Positions 19,028 to 30,266 of a stretch of DNA of 64,000 bases are shown here, piece after piece. The notes under the pieces were generated by a model. That model made no database searches and was not told the origin of the DNA. It worked only from the letters and a program-made list of their open reading frames with translations. Both the position numbers and the translations under genes were made by a program. This DNA comes from an uncultured Bacillota bacterium (lineage in GTDB: Bacteria; Bacillota_I; Bacilli_A; RFN20; CAG-826), in the NCBI GenBank assembly GCA_937876465.1, contig CALEHV010000044.1, positions 9,841 to 73,840 on the forward strand. Reading direction: 5' to 3'. Positions within the stretch are counted from its first letter, which is position 1. Each line of letters begins with the position of its first letter.

Positions 19028-19885
19028 ATGGCAACATTATTTGAAGTATATAAAGAAGCCTTAAAAAAGCTTGAAAATCCAAACAAAGACGAAATCAATA
19101 TTCGTATGCTTTTGTGTGAAATTAATGGCCTCAATTCAATGACCGAATTTTACATCAAGAAAAATGAAAATATTAGGGATTTGCAAAGATTTAATGAGAA
19201 TTTATCGAGGTTTTTGAGTGGCGAACCAATTCAATATATTATTGGAAAAGCCGACTTTTTTGGGTCTACTTTTAAGGTTGATAGAAGAGTACTAATTCCT
19301 CGTCAGGAGACCGAAGAAGTGGCACTGTACGCACTACAAAAAATTGTTAAAGTTTTCCCAAATAAAAAAGTAAGATTAGCGGATGTTTGCTGTGGCTCAG
19401 GATGTATTGGAATCTCTCTTTCAAAACACATCAATACAGAAGTTTTATATTTGAGTGATATTTCAAAAGACGCATGCGATGTAGCTTTAGAAAATATAGC
19501 TTTGAATAACATAACAGGATATGTCGTTAACGGCGATTGCTTAAAGTCATTTATTAAACATGGTATTAAATTAGATGTTATTGTTTCTAATCCACCATAC
19601 ATTTTAAAAAAAGAAGACGTAGATAAATCTGTTTTAGATTACGAACCACATAACGCTTTGTTCACAAACGACGATTTAAGTGTTTATAGGTCTATTTTAG
19701 AGGATGCATATCAAGTAATGGATGACAAATTACTAATAGTTTTTGAAATAGGCTACTACTTAAGAGAGAAATTGATAAATCTTCTCCAAGAATTACAATT
19801 AGATTGTGTTTTCACATTTAGGAAAGATATGAATGATAAAGATCGTATATTCTCCGTTCTTTTGGAGCGTAAAATGGAATCATGA
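19028..19885 (+). CDS. prmC: release-factor glutamine N5-methyltransferase
   Basis: SAM-binding DVCCGSGCIG and catalytic NPPY (IVSNPPYI); immediately downstream of prfA. Confidence 0.9.
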   Translation: MATLFEVYKEALKKLENPNKDEINIRMLLCEINGLNSMTEFYIKKNENIRDLQRFNENLSRFLSGEPIQYIIGKADFFGSTFKVDRRVLIPRQETEEVALYALQKIVKVFPNKKVRLADVCCGSGCIGISLSKHINTEVLYLSDISKDACDVALENIALNNITGYVVNGDCLKSFIKHGIKLDVIVSNPPYILKKEDVDKSVLDYEPHNALFTNDDLSVYRSILEDAYQVMDDKLLIVFEIGYYLREKLINLLQELQLDCVFTFRKDMNDKDRIFSVLLERKMES

Positions 19886-20481
19886 AAATATTAAAACAAA
19901 ATGAATATAAAATAGGCGCTGAAATTCTTAAAAAAGGTGGAATTATTGCCTTTCCTACAGAAACAGTATTCGGGGTTGGAGTTATTTGGAATAATTTAAA
20001 TTCGTATAAACGCTTAATTGATGTTAAAAGAAGACCTCCAGAAAAGCCATTCACACTTATGTGTGGTAAAGTATCTGACATCGATAAATATGCTATTGTT
20101 AACGACATAGCAAGAAAACTTATAAATAAGTTTATGCCAGGTCAATTTACAATAATTCTTCCTGCAAAAGAAGGAATCGGAAATAATGCAGTTGCTAATG
20201 GTGTTATTGGAATCAGAGTTTCATCTGATAAATTGGTAGCTGATTTAATTAACGAAGTCGGAGAACCGTTATTCGTACCTTCTGCAAATAAAGCTGGGGA
20301 AAAGCCAGCAACAAAGACTGAAGAAGTAATAGATGCATTCCACGAAGAGTTGGATGCAATTATTGAAGGAGAATCTACTAGTAACGTTCCTTCTACAATA
20401 GTAATTGTTGATAAGGATGTAAAAATTGTTAGACTAGGATTAGTTACTGAAGAAGAAATTGCACAAGCAATAAAGGAGTAA
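19882..20481 (+). CDS. tsaC: L-threonylcarbamoyladenylate synthase (YrdC/TsaC-type, single domain)
   Basis: GGIIAFPTETVFGVG and KRRPPEKPFTLM are YrdC-domain motifs. 199 aa, with no Sua5 C-terminal domain. Confidence 0.85.
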   Translation: MKILKQNEYKIGAEILKKGGIIAFPTETVFGVGVIWNNLNSYKRLIDVKRRPPEKPFTLMCGKVSDIDKYAIVNDIARKLINKFMPGQFTIILPAKEGIGNNAVANGVIGIRVSSDKLVADLINEVGEPLFVPSANKAGEKPATKTEEVIDAFHEELDAIIEGESTSNVPSTIVIVDKDVKIVRLGLVTEEEIAQAIKE

Positions 20482-20483
20482 AT

Positions 20484-20912
20484 ATGAAATTATCAATCGC
20501 ATGTGACCATGCAGGTTACAACTATAAAGAAGAAGTTAAAAAATATCTTGAAAATAAAGGCCATCAAGTCATTGACTGTGGCACTTATTCACTTGAATCT
20601 TGTGACTATCCAATTTTTGGAAAAGAAGCAGCTAGAAAAGTAGCAAATAAAGAAGTAGATTTTGGTATCTTAATTTGCTCTTCAGGTGAGGGCATTATGA
20701 TTGCTGCAAATAAAGTTCCTGGAGTTCGTGCAGGCCTTGCTTACAATGACGATGTTGCTCGTTTAATAAGACAACACAATAATGCAAACATGATTGCTTT
20801 TGGTGCTAACTTCATGGCGCTTGAAGATGTTAAGAGAAGAATTGATATTTTCTTAGCTACAGAATTTGAAGGCGGTCGTCACGAAAGACGCGTTAACGAA
20901 ATCGAACAATAA
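20484..20912 (+). CDS. rpiB: ribose-5-phosphate isomerase B
   Basis: MKLSIACDHAGY.., ILICSSGEGIMIAANK and RHERRV are RpiB/LacAB family hallmarks. Confidence 0.9.
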   Translation: MKLSIACDHAGYNYKEEVKKYLENKGHQVIDCGTYSLESCDYPIFGKEAARKVANKEVDFGILICSSGEGIMIAANKVPGVRAGLAYNDDVARLIRQHNNANMIAFGANFMALEDVKRRIDIFLATEFEGGRHERRVNEIEQ

Positions 20913-20919
20913 GCAAAAC

Positions 20920-20941
20920 ACACGGCTATGCCGTGTTTTTT
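20920..20941 (+). terminator. rho-independent terminator after rpiB
   Basis: Stem acacggc (20920-26) / gccgtgt (20930-36), loop tat, then ttttt. Confidence 0.85.
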
Positions 20942-20984
20942 ATTGTCTGAAAAAAAGATTCCAAAATTGTAAATATGATTATTG

Positions 20985-22127
20985 ATGGAATCTTTTATTT
21001 GTCCGAGATGTGGAAACAAAAACAAACGCTATATTGGATATAAAAACGGTAAACCTTACTGTCGATTATGCATTTCAATGAAAGGTGAAATGGCAAAGGA
21101 AAATATACCAAGCAAATATTATCCAGTTTTAAGTTTGCATTATTCTTTAAGTCCTGAACAAAAGAAAATTTCAGACAAAATAATATCAAATTTTAAGTCT
21201 GGAATAGATACCTTAGTTTATGCAGTTTGCGGTGCCGGAAAAACTGAGTTAATTTTTGGCGTTATTCAATATGCTCTAACTAAGAAAATGAATGTAGGTT
21301 TTGCTATTCCAAGAAGAGATGTCTGCATTGAACTTTTTCATAGAGTCAAAGAAGCGTTTCCGCACAACAAAGTTGTGTCGGTTTATGGTGGGCACACAAG
21401 CGAACTTAACGGAGACATTATAGTATTAACTACACATCAATTATTTCGATATCCAGAATTCTTTGATCTTCTCATTTTGGATGAAATTGATGCGTTTCCA
21501 TATAATGGAAATGCTTTGTTGAATTCTATGTTCAAAAAATCTTTAAAAGGATATTCTGTTTTGATGTCAGCAACTCCTTCTGAAGAAATTCTGAGTTTGT
21601 ATAGAAAAGGGAAGCGAGATATATTGGAACTTAACACAAGATTTCATAAACATCCATTACCAGTTCCTAAAATAGTAGTTAAAAAAGGAATATCGAGACT
21701 TATATCTTTAATTAAATATTTGAAATCGTTCAATAAGGAAAATAAACCCGTTTTCGTATTTGTTCCAACAATAGAAATGGCTGAAAATTTGTTCTCAATT
21801 TTAAGAATATTTTGCAAAGGTGGAAATATAGTTCATTCAAAGCAAATTTTTAGGCAAAAAATAATAGAAAATTTTAGAGAAAACAAATACAAATATCTGG
21901 TTACTACCGCAGTGTTGGAAAGAGGCGTAACAATTAAGAATTTACAGGTAATAATTTATAATTCCGATCACTGTTTGTATAACGAGTATTCATTAGTACA
22001 AATAGCAGGTCGAGTTGGGAGGAAATTTGATGCTCCAAAAGGTGAAGTTATTTTTCTCGCATCTAAAGAAACAAAAGACATGCGAAAAGCAAGAGAAAAA
22101 ATCATTTCAAAAAACAAATTTTTGTAA
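20985..22127 (+). CDS. comFA: ComFA-like DEAD/DEAH-box helicase (competence)
   Basis: N-terminal zinc ribbon CPRCGN..CRLC, Walker A CGAGKTE, motif II ILDEID and motif VI QIAGRVGR; followed by comFC. Confidence 0.8.
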   Translation: MESFICPRCGNKNKRYIGYKNGKPYCRLCISMKGEMAKENIPSKYYPVLSLHYSLSPEQKKISDKIISNFKSGIDTLVYAVCGAGKTELIFGVIQYALTKKMNVGFAIPRRDVCIELFHRVKEAFPHNKVVSVYGGHTSELNGDIIVLTTHQLFRYPEFFDLLILDEIDAFPYNGNALLNSMFKKSLKGYSVLMSATPSEEILSLYRKGKRDILELNTRFHKHPLPVPKIVVKKGISRLISLIKYLKSFNKENKPVFVFVPTIEMAENLFSILRIFCKGGNIVHSKQIFRQKIIENFRENKYKYLVTTAVLERGVTIKNLQVIIYNSDHCLYNEYSLVQIAGRVGRKFDAPKGEVIFLASKETKDMRKAREKIISKNKFL

Positions 22128-22737
22128 AATATGTTTCAACGAAATTGAAGACAATTCGTTACATAGTTTGATACATCAAAAAGTTACGATTTGTCATCGA
22201 TGTTTTAATAAATTTAAACCTATTTTTAAATATTTCAATGTAGGGAAAATAAAATGTTTAGCTTTGTATAATTATGATGAAATTATTAGGGAAAAATTAT
22301 ATCAATTTAAAGGATGCTTTGATATAGAATTAGGAACCGTTTTCTTAGAGTATTTTAGGCCATTTTTAAGGCACAAATTTTTCGGATATATTATGGTTCC
22401 AGCACCATCTTTTGAAGATAAGAATATTGAACGAGGTTTTAACCATGTTGAGGTTATTTTTTCTTCACTAAAAATGCCTATAGAAAAATGCTTCATAAAA
22501 ACAGAAGACATTAAGCAAGCAGACTTGTCTTCAGAAGAGAGAAAAAATGTTGGAAATTATCTAAAAATTGTTAACGGAAAAAAGCTATCAGGAAAGAAGA
22601 TATTAATTGTTGATGACGTATACACTACTGGTTCAACAGTTAAAGCAATGATAGAAATGATAAAAGCATACAATCCAAAAGAAATAAAAGTTTTAGTTAT
22701 GAGCAAAACAATCAATCCTGTAGAACGTATTAAATAG
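22015..22737 (+). CDS. comFC: ComFC-like phosphoribosyltransferase-domain protein
   Basis: N-terminal Cys pairs (CKICFNE..CHRCF) and the PRTase loop ILIVDDVYTTGST. The only in-frame ATGs (22015, 22030) overlap the comFA 3' end by about 100 nt, so the exact start is uncertain. Confidence 0.8.
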   Translation: MGGNLMLQKVKLFFSHLKKQKTCEKQEKKSFQKTNFCKICFNEIEDNSLHSLIHQKVTICHRCFNKFKPIFKYFNVGKIKCLALYNYDEIIREKLYQFKGCFDIELGTVFLEYFRPFLRHKFFGYIMVPAPSFEDKNIERGFNHVEVIFSSLKMPIEKCFIKTEDIKQADLSSEERKNVGNYLKIVNGKKLSGKKILIVDDVYTTGSTVKAMIEMIKAYNPKEIKVLVMSKTINPVERIK

Positions 22738-22801
22738 TATTTATTGTTTAAGCATTATATAAATGCTAACATAGTAAAGTCGCAATTAAGGAGTTTAGTT
22801 T

Positions 22802-25219
22802 ATGGCTAATTTTATTGAGAAGTTATTCAGAGTAGACCAAAGAGTATTGAGAAAATACGAAAAAGAAGCAGATAAAGTCATCGCTTATGAAAAGCAAATG
22901 AGAGCAATGAGTGATGAAGAATTACGTGCAAAAACCCCATATTTTAAGGATTTACTCGCAAAAGGTGCAACATTAAATGATATTAAATATGAAGCTATGG
23001 CTGTTGCTAGAGAAGCAGCATTCCGTACACTTCATCAATTCCCATACAAGGTTCAAATTATTGGTTCATTAGTTATGCATGATGGCGATGTCGCTGAAAT
23101 GAGAACTGGTGAAGGTAAGACTTTAACAGCCACAATGGCTATTTATTTGAACGCATTAGCAGGTAAAGGCGCTTATGTTGTTACGGTTAACGAATACTTA
23201 GCTTCTCGTGATGCTGACTGGATGGGTCAAATTTATAGATTCCTTGGTTTAACAGTTGGATGCAACTTAAGAGAATTAACTCCTCAACAAAAGAAAGAAG
23301 CCCACTTATGTGATATTTGTTATACTACAAACGCTGAATTAGGCTTTGATTACTTAAGAGATAACATGGCTACTACAAAAGATAGACGTGTTCTTCGTGG
23401 CTTAAACTACGCTGTTATTGATGAAGCCGACTCAATTCTAATTGACGAATCAAGAACACCATTAATTATTTCTGGTGGTGCTAAAGCAACTGCATCTCAA
23501 TATAAAGTTGCTGATCGTTTCGTCAAAACTTTAAGAAAAGATAAAGACTACGATATCGATATTAAAGACAAAACCGCTTCTTTAACTGAAGAAGGTTCTT
23601 TAAAAGCTGAAAAGATGTTTGGAATTCGTAATCTATACGATCCAGAACATCAAGATTTAGTTCACCGTATTTATCAAGCTTTAAAAGCTAACTACATCAT
23701 GTCTCGTGATGTTGAATATATGGTTGATGATGAAAATCAAATTCAATTAATTGACCAATTCACTGGTCGTATCTTAAAAGGCCGTGAATATTCCGATGGT
23801 TTACAACAAGCTATTCAAGCTAAGGAAAATGTTGAAATCAAACAAGAGACAGTTACTCTAGCAACTGTTACATATCAAAACTTCTTCCGTTTGTTTACAA
23901 AAATGTCAGGTATGACAGGTACTGCAAAAACTGAAGAAGAAGAATTCCAAAAGATTTACAACATGCGTGTTGTTACCATTCCTACAAATAGACCAATTCA
24001 AAGAATTGATGCTATCGACTACATCTACGCTCATAAAGATGAGAAATTAAAAGAATTAACTGAAGAAGTTAAGAGAAGACACGAAAAAGGACAACCAATT
24101 TTAATTGGTACTGTTTCAGTTGAATCTTCAGAAGAGATTTCAAATTTATTAACCGCAGCCGGTATTAAGCACGAAGTTTTGAACGCTAAGAACCATGCTC
24201 GTGAAGCTGAGATTATTTCACACGCTGGTGAAAAAGGTTCTGTAACAATTGCTACAAACATGGCTGGTCGTGGTACCGATATTAAGATTAACGACGAAGT
24301 CAAAGCACTTGGCGGATTATGTGTTTTAGGTACTGAACGTCACGAATCACGCCGTATTGACAACCAATTACGTGGACGTTCTGGACGTCAAGGCGATCCA
24401 GGCTTTTCAAGATTCTATATTTCATTTGACGACGATCTAATGAAAAGATTCGCTGCAGAATCTGTTCAAAAGAGAATTGAATCTTTTGGTCCAGGACCAT
24501 TAGAGTCAAAAATGTTCTCAAGCGTTATTACAAACGCTCAAAAACAAATTGAAGGTCAAAACTTTGATATTCGTAAGAATTTATTGGACTACGATGATGT
24601 TATTTCACGTCAAAGAAAAGCTATTTATGAAAAACGTGATGCAATCATGTTTGCTGAAAATATTGACGATTTAATTCGCGAATTCTTTACAACAGCAGGT
24701 TTAGTTTTAGCTCATAAAGCTGTTCCAACAGATAGTAAAGAAGGATTAATTGACGGCGAATCATTACGTAAAATTCTCGAACCAAAATTTGTTCCTGAAG
24801 GATCGTTTGATGCAAACGCATTTAACTTAGCACCAGTAGAAGAAGCTGGAGAAGATTTGGGCACACTTTTATATGATGCTTACCTAGTAAGACGTGGACA
24901 ATGGCCAGCAGAAATTGCTAACCAAGTTGAAAGAGAAGTTGCTCTTCAAACAATTGATCAAAACTGGACAAAACAAATCGACACAATGTCAAGATTACGT
25001 GAAGGTATTCACCTTCGTTCATATGGTAACGTTAACCCATTGCAAGATTATGTTAATGAAGGCCAAGCTCTCTTTAGAGAGTGCTTAGAGAATATTTCTG
25101 TTGAATCTGCATTTAAATTTTTAAATGTTGTCATTCAAATTAGAAAACAACCTCAACCACAACCAGAAACTCCAAAACAAGAAGCAACTGATGTAGAAAG
25201 CAAGGATGTAAAGGAATAA
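22802..25219 (+). CDS. secA: preprotein translocase ATPase SecA
   Basis: MRTGEGKTL (Walker A), DEADSILIDE, TNMAGRGTDI and LRGRSGRQGDPG. It lacks the C-terminal zinc-binding tail and ends in a P/Q-rich tail. Confidence 0.97.
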   Translation: MANFIEKLFRVDQRVLRKYEKEADKVIAYEKQMRAMSDEELRAKTPYFKDLLAKGATLNDIKYEAMAVAREAAFRTLHQFPYKVQIIGSLVMHDGDVAEMRTGEGKTLTATMAIYLNALAGKGAYVVTVNEYLASRDADWMGQIYRFLGLTVGCNLRELTPQQKKEAHLCDICYTTNAELGFDYLRDNMATTKDRRVLRGLNYAVIDEADSILIDESRTPLIISGGAKATASQYKVADRFVKTLRKDKDYDIDIKDKTASLTEEGSLKAEKMFGIRNLYDPEHQDLVHRIYQALKANYIMSRDVEYMVDDENQIQLIDQFTGRILKGREYSDGLQQAIQAKENVEIKQETVTLATVTYQNFFRLFTKMSGMTGTAKTEEEEFQKIYNMRVVTIPTNRPIQRIDAIDYIYAHKDEKLKELTEEVKRRHEKGQPILIGTVSVESSEEISNLLTAAGIKHEVLNAKNHAREAEIISHAGEKGSVTIATNMAGRGTDIKINDEVKALGGLCVLGTERHESRRIDNQLRGRSGRQGDPGFSRFYISFDDDLMKRFAAESVQKRIESFGPGPLESKMFSSVITNAQKQIEGQNFDIRKNLLDYDDVISRQRKAIYEKRDAIMFAENIDDLIREFFTTAGLVLAHKAVPTDSKEGLIDGESLRKILEPKFVPEGSFDANAFNLAPVEEAGEDLGTLLYDAYLVRRGQWPAEIANQVEREVALQTIDQNWTKQIDTMSRLREGIHLRSYGNVNPLQDYVNEGQALFRECLENISVESAFKFLNVVIQIRKQPQPQPETPKQEATDVESKDVKE

Positions 25220-26335
25220 TGAAAGAGCTACAAGAACTTAAGTTAGAATTAAACGAAATAACTGAACAAGTCTATAGACTCGGTGATTCTCTTTGACCTC
25301 GATTTCTTAAATAAAAAAGTCTCTAAATTAGAAATTGAACAAAACAAAGAAGACTTTTGGAACGACCAAAAAGCTGCTTTAGCAATTATTGATGAGTTTA
25401 ATGATGCGAAAGAAGAGCGCGATACTTATCTAAATATAACTAAAGCACATAAAGATATAACTGATTTGATTCAAGCTTGTACTGATAATGACGAAGATAC
25501 TAAAAATTTCATTGAAGAAATGCTTGATGATTTGAACAAAAGTGTTAAGAATTTTAGACAAAAACTCCTTTTTAAAGGAGAATTTGATAAATTAAATGCA
25601 ATTTTAGAAATTCATAGTGGTGCAGGCGGCACTGAAGCTCAAGACTGGGCAGATATGCTTTCTAGAATGTATGTAAGATGGTGTGAACGCCATAATATAA
25701 AGTTTTCTGTTGTTGATTCTCAACCAGGCGAAGAAGCTGGAATTAAATCAATGACATTAGCAATAAATGGTAAGAATGCATATGGCCTTTTAAAGAGTGA
25801 AAAAGGAGTACATCGTTTAGTAAGAATTTCTCCTTTTGACGCAAACAAAAGAAGACATACAAGTTTTGCTTCTGTAAACGTTGTCCCTCAATTTGACAAC
25901 AATGTCGATATCAAAATTGAAGATAAAGATTTAAGAATTGATACATACCGTTCAGGTGGTGCTGGCGGACAAAACGTTAATAAAGTTGAAACCGCAGTTA
26001 GAATCAGTCATATTCCTACAGGAATTGTTGTTTCTTGCCAAGTTGAACGTAGTCAATTATCAAATAGAGAAATGGCTATGAACATGTTAAAAAGTAAACT
26101 CTATCAATTAGAGATGGAGAAGAAAGAAAAGCAATTAGCCAACATAGTTGGAGAACAAAAAGATATTGAATGGGGCAGCCAAATTAGATCTTATGTTTTT
26201 TGCCCATACACATTAGTTAAAGACAATAGAACAAACTATTCTGAAAGTGGAATAGATGAAGTAATGGATGGCAACATTGATGGATTTATGTATTCATACC
26301 TTGAAATGTTATCTCGAAATGCTGAATTAAAATAA
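25219..26335 (+). CDS. prfB: peptide chain release factor 2, requires programmed +1 frameshift (join 25219..25293, 25295..26335)
   Basis: A short frame [25 protein letters not shown] ends at the in-frame TGA (25294-96) in the context CTT TGA C. The +1 frame continues DLDFLNKK.. and contains SPF (RISPFD) and GGQ ([11 protein letters not shown]). The ATG overlaps the secA stop (TAATG). Confidence 0.93.
25281..25297 (+). promoter_or_regulatory. RF2 autoregulatory +1 frameshift site
   Basis: cggtgattct CTT TGA C: an SD-like GGTGAT lies a few nt upstream of the slippery CTT followed by the poor-context stop TGA-C. Confidence 0.9.
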
Positions 26336-28314
26336 TGATTGAACGTAAGTTTGAACTAGTAAGCGATTATAAGCCTACTGGAGACCAACCTAAGGCCATT
26401 AAGGACTTAGTTGAAGGAATTGCTAATGGTAAACCATTACAAGTCCTATTAGGGGCTACCGGTACAGGCAAAACTTTTACAGTTGCTAATATTATCAAAA
26501 AAGTTCAAAAACCAACACTTGTTATAGTCCATAATAAAGTTCTTGCTGGACAACTATACGAAGAGCTTAAACAACTATTCCCAAATAATAGAGTTGAATA
26601 CTTTGTTTCAAACTTTGATTTCTATCAACCTGAAGCTTATATTCCTTCAAGCGATACATATATTGATAAAAATGCTGTAATGAATGAAGAAATTGAAATG
26701 ATGCGTACAAGCGCAATCAATTCAATTTTGGAAAGAAAAGATACAATAATTGTATCTTCAGTTGCTTCAATTTATGGTTTAACAGATCCTGACGAATATA
26801 AAAATTTAGCATTCGATATTCGCGTTGGAGAAGAGCTTGATAGAAAGAAATTTTTCCAAAGATTAGTTGATGCTCAATATGTTAGAAATAGCTTAGATTT
26901 AAAGCCCGGTTCATTTAGAGTTAGAGGGGACATTATTGAAGTTTGCCCACCTCACACAAATGAAATTGTTATAAGAATTGATACATTTGGTGATGAGATT
27001 GAACGAATCGATGCTGTTAATTTATTAACAGGAGAAGTCAAAGAATCGTTTAAAACCTATCCGTTTTTTCCTGCATACGACCATGCTTCAACTAGGGCAA
27101 GAATTGAAAAAGCAGTTCAAACAATTTCTGCTGAATTAGAAGAAAGACTAGCTTACTTCAAAAACGAAGGTAAATTGCTAGAGGCAGAACGTCTTGAAAT
27201 GCGTACAAAACAAGATATGGATTCAATGTTAGAATTTGGAACATGTCCAGGTATTGAAAATTATTCAAGACACATTGATGGCAGACCAGCAGGAAGTAGA
27301 CCGTTTTCGCTTATAGATTATTTTCCAAAAGATTTCCTTTTAATTGTTGATGAGTCACACGTTACTTTTCCTCAATTGAAGGGAATGTATAATGGAGATC
27401 GTTCTAGAAAAGAAACACTTGTGGAATATGGTTTTAGATTGCCTTCAGCGTTAGATAATAGACCTCTTAGATTTGAAGAGTTTGAGAAAATAGTTTCTCA
27501 AGTTATATGTACTTCTGCTACGCCAGGTGACTATGAATTAGAAAGATGCCACGGCGTTGTTGCAGAACAAATTATCCGTCCAACAGGACTTCTTGATCCA
27601 AAAATTGATGTACGTAAAACAATAGGTCAAATTGATGACTTAATTTATGAGATTAAAAAACGTACAGAAAAGAACGAGAAAGTTATGGTTGTTGCTTTGA
27701 CTGTTCGTATGGCGGAAGATTTAACAGCATTCCTTAAGGAAAGAGGTATAAAAGTTGCATATTTGCACCATGAAATTAAGACATTAGAACGTAATGAAAT
27801 TATCTATCAATTACGTAAAGGAAAATATGATGTTTTAGTTGGTATCAATTTGTTAAGAGAGGGACTTGATATTCCTGAAGTTTCTTTGATAACAATTTTG
27901 GATGCTGACAAAGAAGGTTTTTTACGTTCAACACGCTCCCTTATTCAAGTTATTGGACGTGCCGCAAGAAACAAAAATGGCAAAGTTATTATGTACGCCG
28001 ATACTATGACAGATTCGATGAAATCTGCAATTGAAGAAACAAATAGAAGAAGAGCAATTCAAAAAGCTTACAATGATGAAAATGGTATTGTTCCGACAAC
28101 AATTGTTAAACCAATTCATCCGCCAATAAAGAATACTCAAACAGAAAGAGATAAAGCAAATAAGATTTCTTTTAAATCTTCTCAAAGTGAAATTGAAAAA
28201 GAAATTAAGCGTCTCGAGAAGGAAATGCATGCTGCTGCAAAAGAATATGATTTCGAACGAGCAGCAGAAATTAGAGACATTATTATTGAATACAGAACAT
28301 CATTATCTAAATAA
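26335..28314 (+). CDS. uvrB: excinuclease ABC subunit B
   Basis: [16 protein letters not shown] and the C-terminal UVR motif ([15 protein letters not shown]). The start overlaps the prfB stop. Confidence 0.97.
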   Translation: MIERKFELVSDYKPTGDQPKAIKDLVEGIANGKPLQVLLGATGTGKTFTVANIIKKVQKPTLVIVHNKVLAGQLYEELKQLFPNNRVEYFVSNFDFYQPEAYIPSSDTYIDKNAVMNEEIEMMRTSAINSILERKDTIIVSSVASIYGLTDPDEYKNLAFDIRVGEELDRKKFFQRLVDAQYVRNSLDLKPGSFRVRGDIIEVCPPHTNEIVIRIDTFGDEIERIDAVNLLTGEVKESFKTYPFFPAYDHASTRARIEKAVQTISAELEERLAYFKNEGKLLEAERLEMRTKQDMDSMLEFGTCPGIENYSRHIDGRPAGSRPFSLIDYFPKDFLLIVDESHVTFPQLKGMYNGDRSRKETLVEYGFRLPSALDNRPLRFEEFEKIVSQVICTSATPGDYELERCHGVVAEQIIRPTGLLDPKIDVRKTIGQIDDLIYEIKKRTEKNEKVMVVALTVRMAEDLTAFLKERGIKVAYLHHEIKTLERNEIIYQLRKGKYDVLVGINLLREGLDIPEVSLITILDADKEGFLRSTRSLIQVIGRAARNKNGKVIMYADTMTDSMKSAIEETNRRRAIQKAYNDENGIVPTTIVKPIHPPIKNTQTERDKANKISFKSSQSEIEKEIKRLEKEMHAAAKEYDFERAAEIRDIIIEYRTSLSK

Positions 28315-28380
28315 AGAGTTTGCTTTACACATTAGATTGTGTAATTATATTAAAGCGAACTTGTTGAAAGGAGAACAACT

Positions 28381-28611
28381 ATGCAATGGTATGACATTTT
28401 ATTCTTAATCGTCGCACTTATCATCGTTGTTTTATCTTTACTCCAAGGCGGTAAATCAGAAGGTGCTTCTGGTGCTATTACCGGTGGAGGAATGAACATT
28501 TTCGTTAAGACAAAAGAAAGAGGATCTGAGAAAATTATTACATGGCTTACATTTTCGTTTGTCATTGTATTCTTGTTCCTTGCAATCTTGATAAGCTGTT
28601 TACAAGGTTAA
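28381..28611 (+). CDS. secG: preprotein translocase subunit SecG
   Basis: 76 aa with two TM helices and the typical loop LLQGGKSEGASGAITGGG. Confidence 0.85.
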   Translation: MQWYDILFLIVALIIVVLSLLQGGKSEGASGAITGGGMNIFVKTKERGSEKIITWLTFSFVIVFLFLAILISCLQG

Positions 28612-28629
28612 TAACTTGTCTTAGAAGAG

Positions 28630-28653
28630 TACCGCAAATGGCGGTATTTTTTT
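28630..28653 (+). terminator. rho-independent terminator after secG
   Basis: Stem taccgc (28630-35) / gcggta (28641-46), loop aaatg, then ttttttt. Confidence 0.85.
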
Positions 28654-28707
28654 AAATTTAAAATTTCGCACGTATTTGATATAAAATAGTAAATTGAGGC
28701 AAGAAAT

Positions 28708-29934
28708 ATGAAGAAAAGTATGTTAAAGAAGTACGCAAAACTTATTACTAAAGTTGGTGCTAATGTTCAAAAAGGACAAGAAGTTGAATTGGTGATTAGC
28801 GTTCATCAAGAAGAACTCGCTTGTTATATCGTTGAGAATTGCTACAAACTTGGAGCAAGCAAAGTTAATGTTAGATGGTTTTCAGATAAGACCAGCAAAA
28901 TTACAACTGTAAAAGCTTCAATTAAAACTTTGTCTGAAGTTACAGAAGAAGAACTCGCTAAACAAGAAAGACTTTGCACAAAATTACCAGCCTTCATTTA
29001 CATTGAAGATGAAGATCCAGATGCAATGAAAGGTGTAGACCAAGCTAAGGTTGCTAAGATTAGACAAGCAACATATAAAATTATCAAACCTTATAGAGAT
29101 AGAAGAGAAAATAAATATCAATGGGTTATTGCTGGTGCTGCATCACCCGAATGGGCAACAAAAGTTTTCCCTGGCTTATCTAAGAAAAAAGCAGTGGAAG
29201 CATTGTGGGATGCAATTTTAAAAACATCTAGATGCACAGATGATCCAATTAAAGCTTGGGAAGAACATAACCGTGATTTAGCTAAACGTACAGCATACTT
29301 AAATTACTTGAATTTAGATTATTTACATTACACAAGTAAAAATGGCACCGATTTTAAAGTATGGATGTTGCCAAATGTTAACTGGCTTGCTGGCGGAGAA
29401 ACAACATTAGGAAGTAATGTCTATTACAACCCAAATATTCCATCAGAAGAATGCTTTACAAGCCCAGAAAGAGGAAAAGCAGAAGGCATCGTATTTTCAA
29501 CAAAACCACTTTCTTATCAAGGCGAATTAATTGAAAACTTCTCAATAAGATTCGAAAAAGGAAAAGCGGTAGAAGTTCATGCAGAAAAAGGTGAAGAGCT
29601 TTTAAAACAAATGATTGCTATGGACGAATATGCAGGTTACTTAGGCGAATGCGCTTTAGTTCCATTTGATTCACCAATTAACAATACTGGTATCTTATTC
29701 TTCAATACTCTTTATGATGAAAACGCAGCATGCCACTTAGCTTTAGGCGCCGGTTTTACAAACTGTGTTCAAAACTTTGAGAAATATACTTTAGAAGAAA
29801 TGACAAAAATGGGTATTAATGATTCTTCAATCCATGTCGATTTCATGATTGGTTCTGATGATCTTAATATTGTTGGCTATACAAGAGACGGAAAGAAAGT
29901 CCAAATCTTTAAAAACGGAAACTGGGCTTTCTAG
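28708..29934 (+). CDS. aminopeptidase, M29 (AmpS/PepS) family
   Basis: 408 aa. The N-terminus LKKYAKLITKVGANVQKGQEV and the C-terminal half (..ECALVPFDSPI..LYDENAACHLALG..IHVDFMIG) match my recollection of thermophilic-metalloprotease M29 proteins. Confidence 0.75.
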   Translation: MKKSMLKKYAKLITKVGANVQKGQEVELVISVHQEELACYIVENCYKLGASKVNVRWFSDKTSKITTVKASIKTLSEVTEEELAKQERLCTKLPAFIYIEDEDPDAMKGVDQAKVAKIRQATYKIIKPYRDRRENKYQWVIAGAASPEWATKVFPGLSKKKAVEALWDAILKTSRCTDDPIKAWEEHNRDLAKRTAYLNYLNLDYLHYTSKNGTDFKVWMLPNVNWLAGGETTLGSNVYYNPNIPSEECFTSPERGKAEGIVFSTKPLSYQGELIENFSIRFEKGKAVEVHAEKGEELLKQMIAMDEYAGYLGECALVPFDSPINNTGILFFNTLYDENAACHLALGAGFTNCVQNFEKYTLEEMTKMGINDSSIHVDFMIGSDDLNIVGYTRDGKKVQIFKNGNWAF

Positions 29935-30266
29935 AATTCATAAATATCGTTCGAAATATTTTCATCAACGATATCAATAATTTCATTTAAAGGTAATTTA
30001 CCTTCTGGAAGGATGAGTTGTTTATTTACTTCATCAATTCTTTTAACAATAGTTTTAACTGTATATAGATATCCGTCGTAAAAATATGTGATGGTTAATT
30101 CTTGTTTTTTATAGTTAAGTAAAATGCGGTTTATTTTTTCTGCTTTATCTATTGAAATTTTTGGTTTTTCAATTTTGTTTTTTTCATATCGCATTTTCTC
30201 TAGGCAAGTAGACTGTTCAATCAAAGAAGAATAAGGTGCCCATTTTTTCATTCCACGTTCGCTCAT
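29931..30266 (-). CDS. YolD-like protein
   Basis: 111 aa, starting RGMKKWAPYSSL. It is translationally coupled (4-nt overlap) downstream of a Y-family polymerase, the usual YolD context. Confidence 0.7.
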   Translation of the reverse strand: MSERGMKKWAPYSSLIEQSTCLEKMRYEKNKIEKPKISIDKAEKINRILLNYKKQELTITYFYDGYLYTVKTIVKRIDEVNKQLILPEGKLPLNEIIDIVDENISNDIYEF

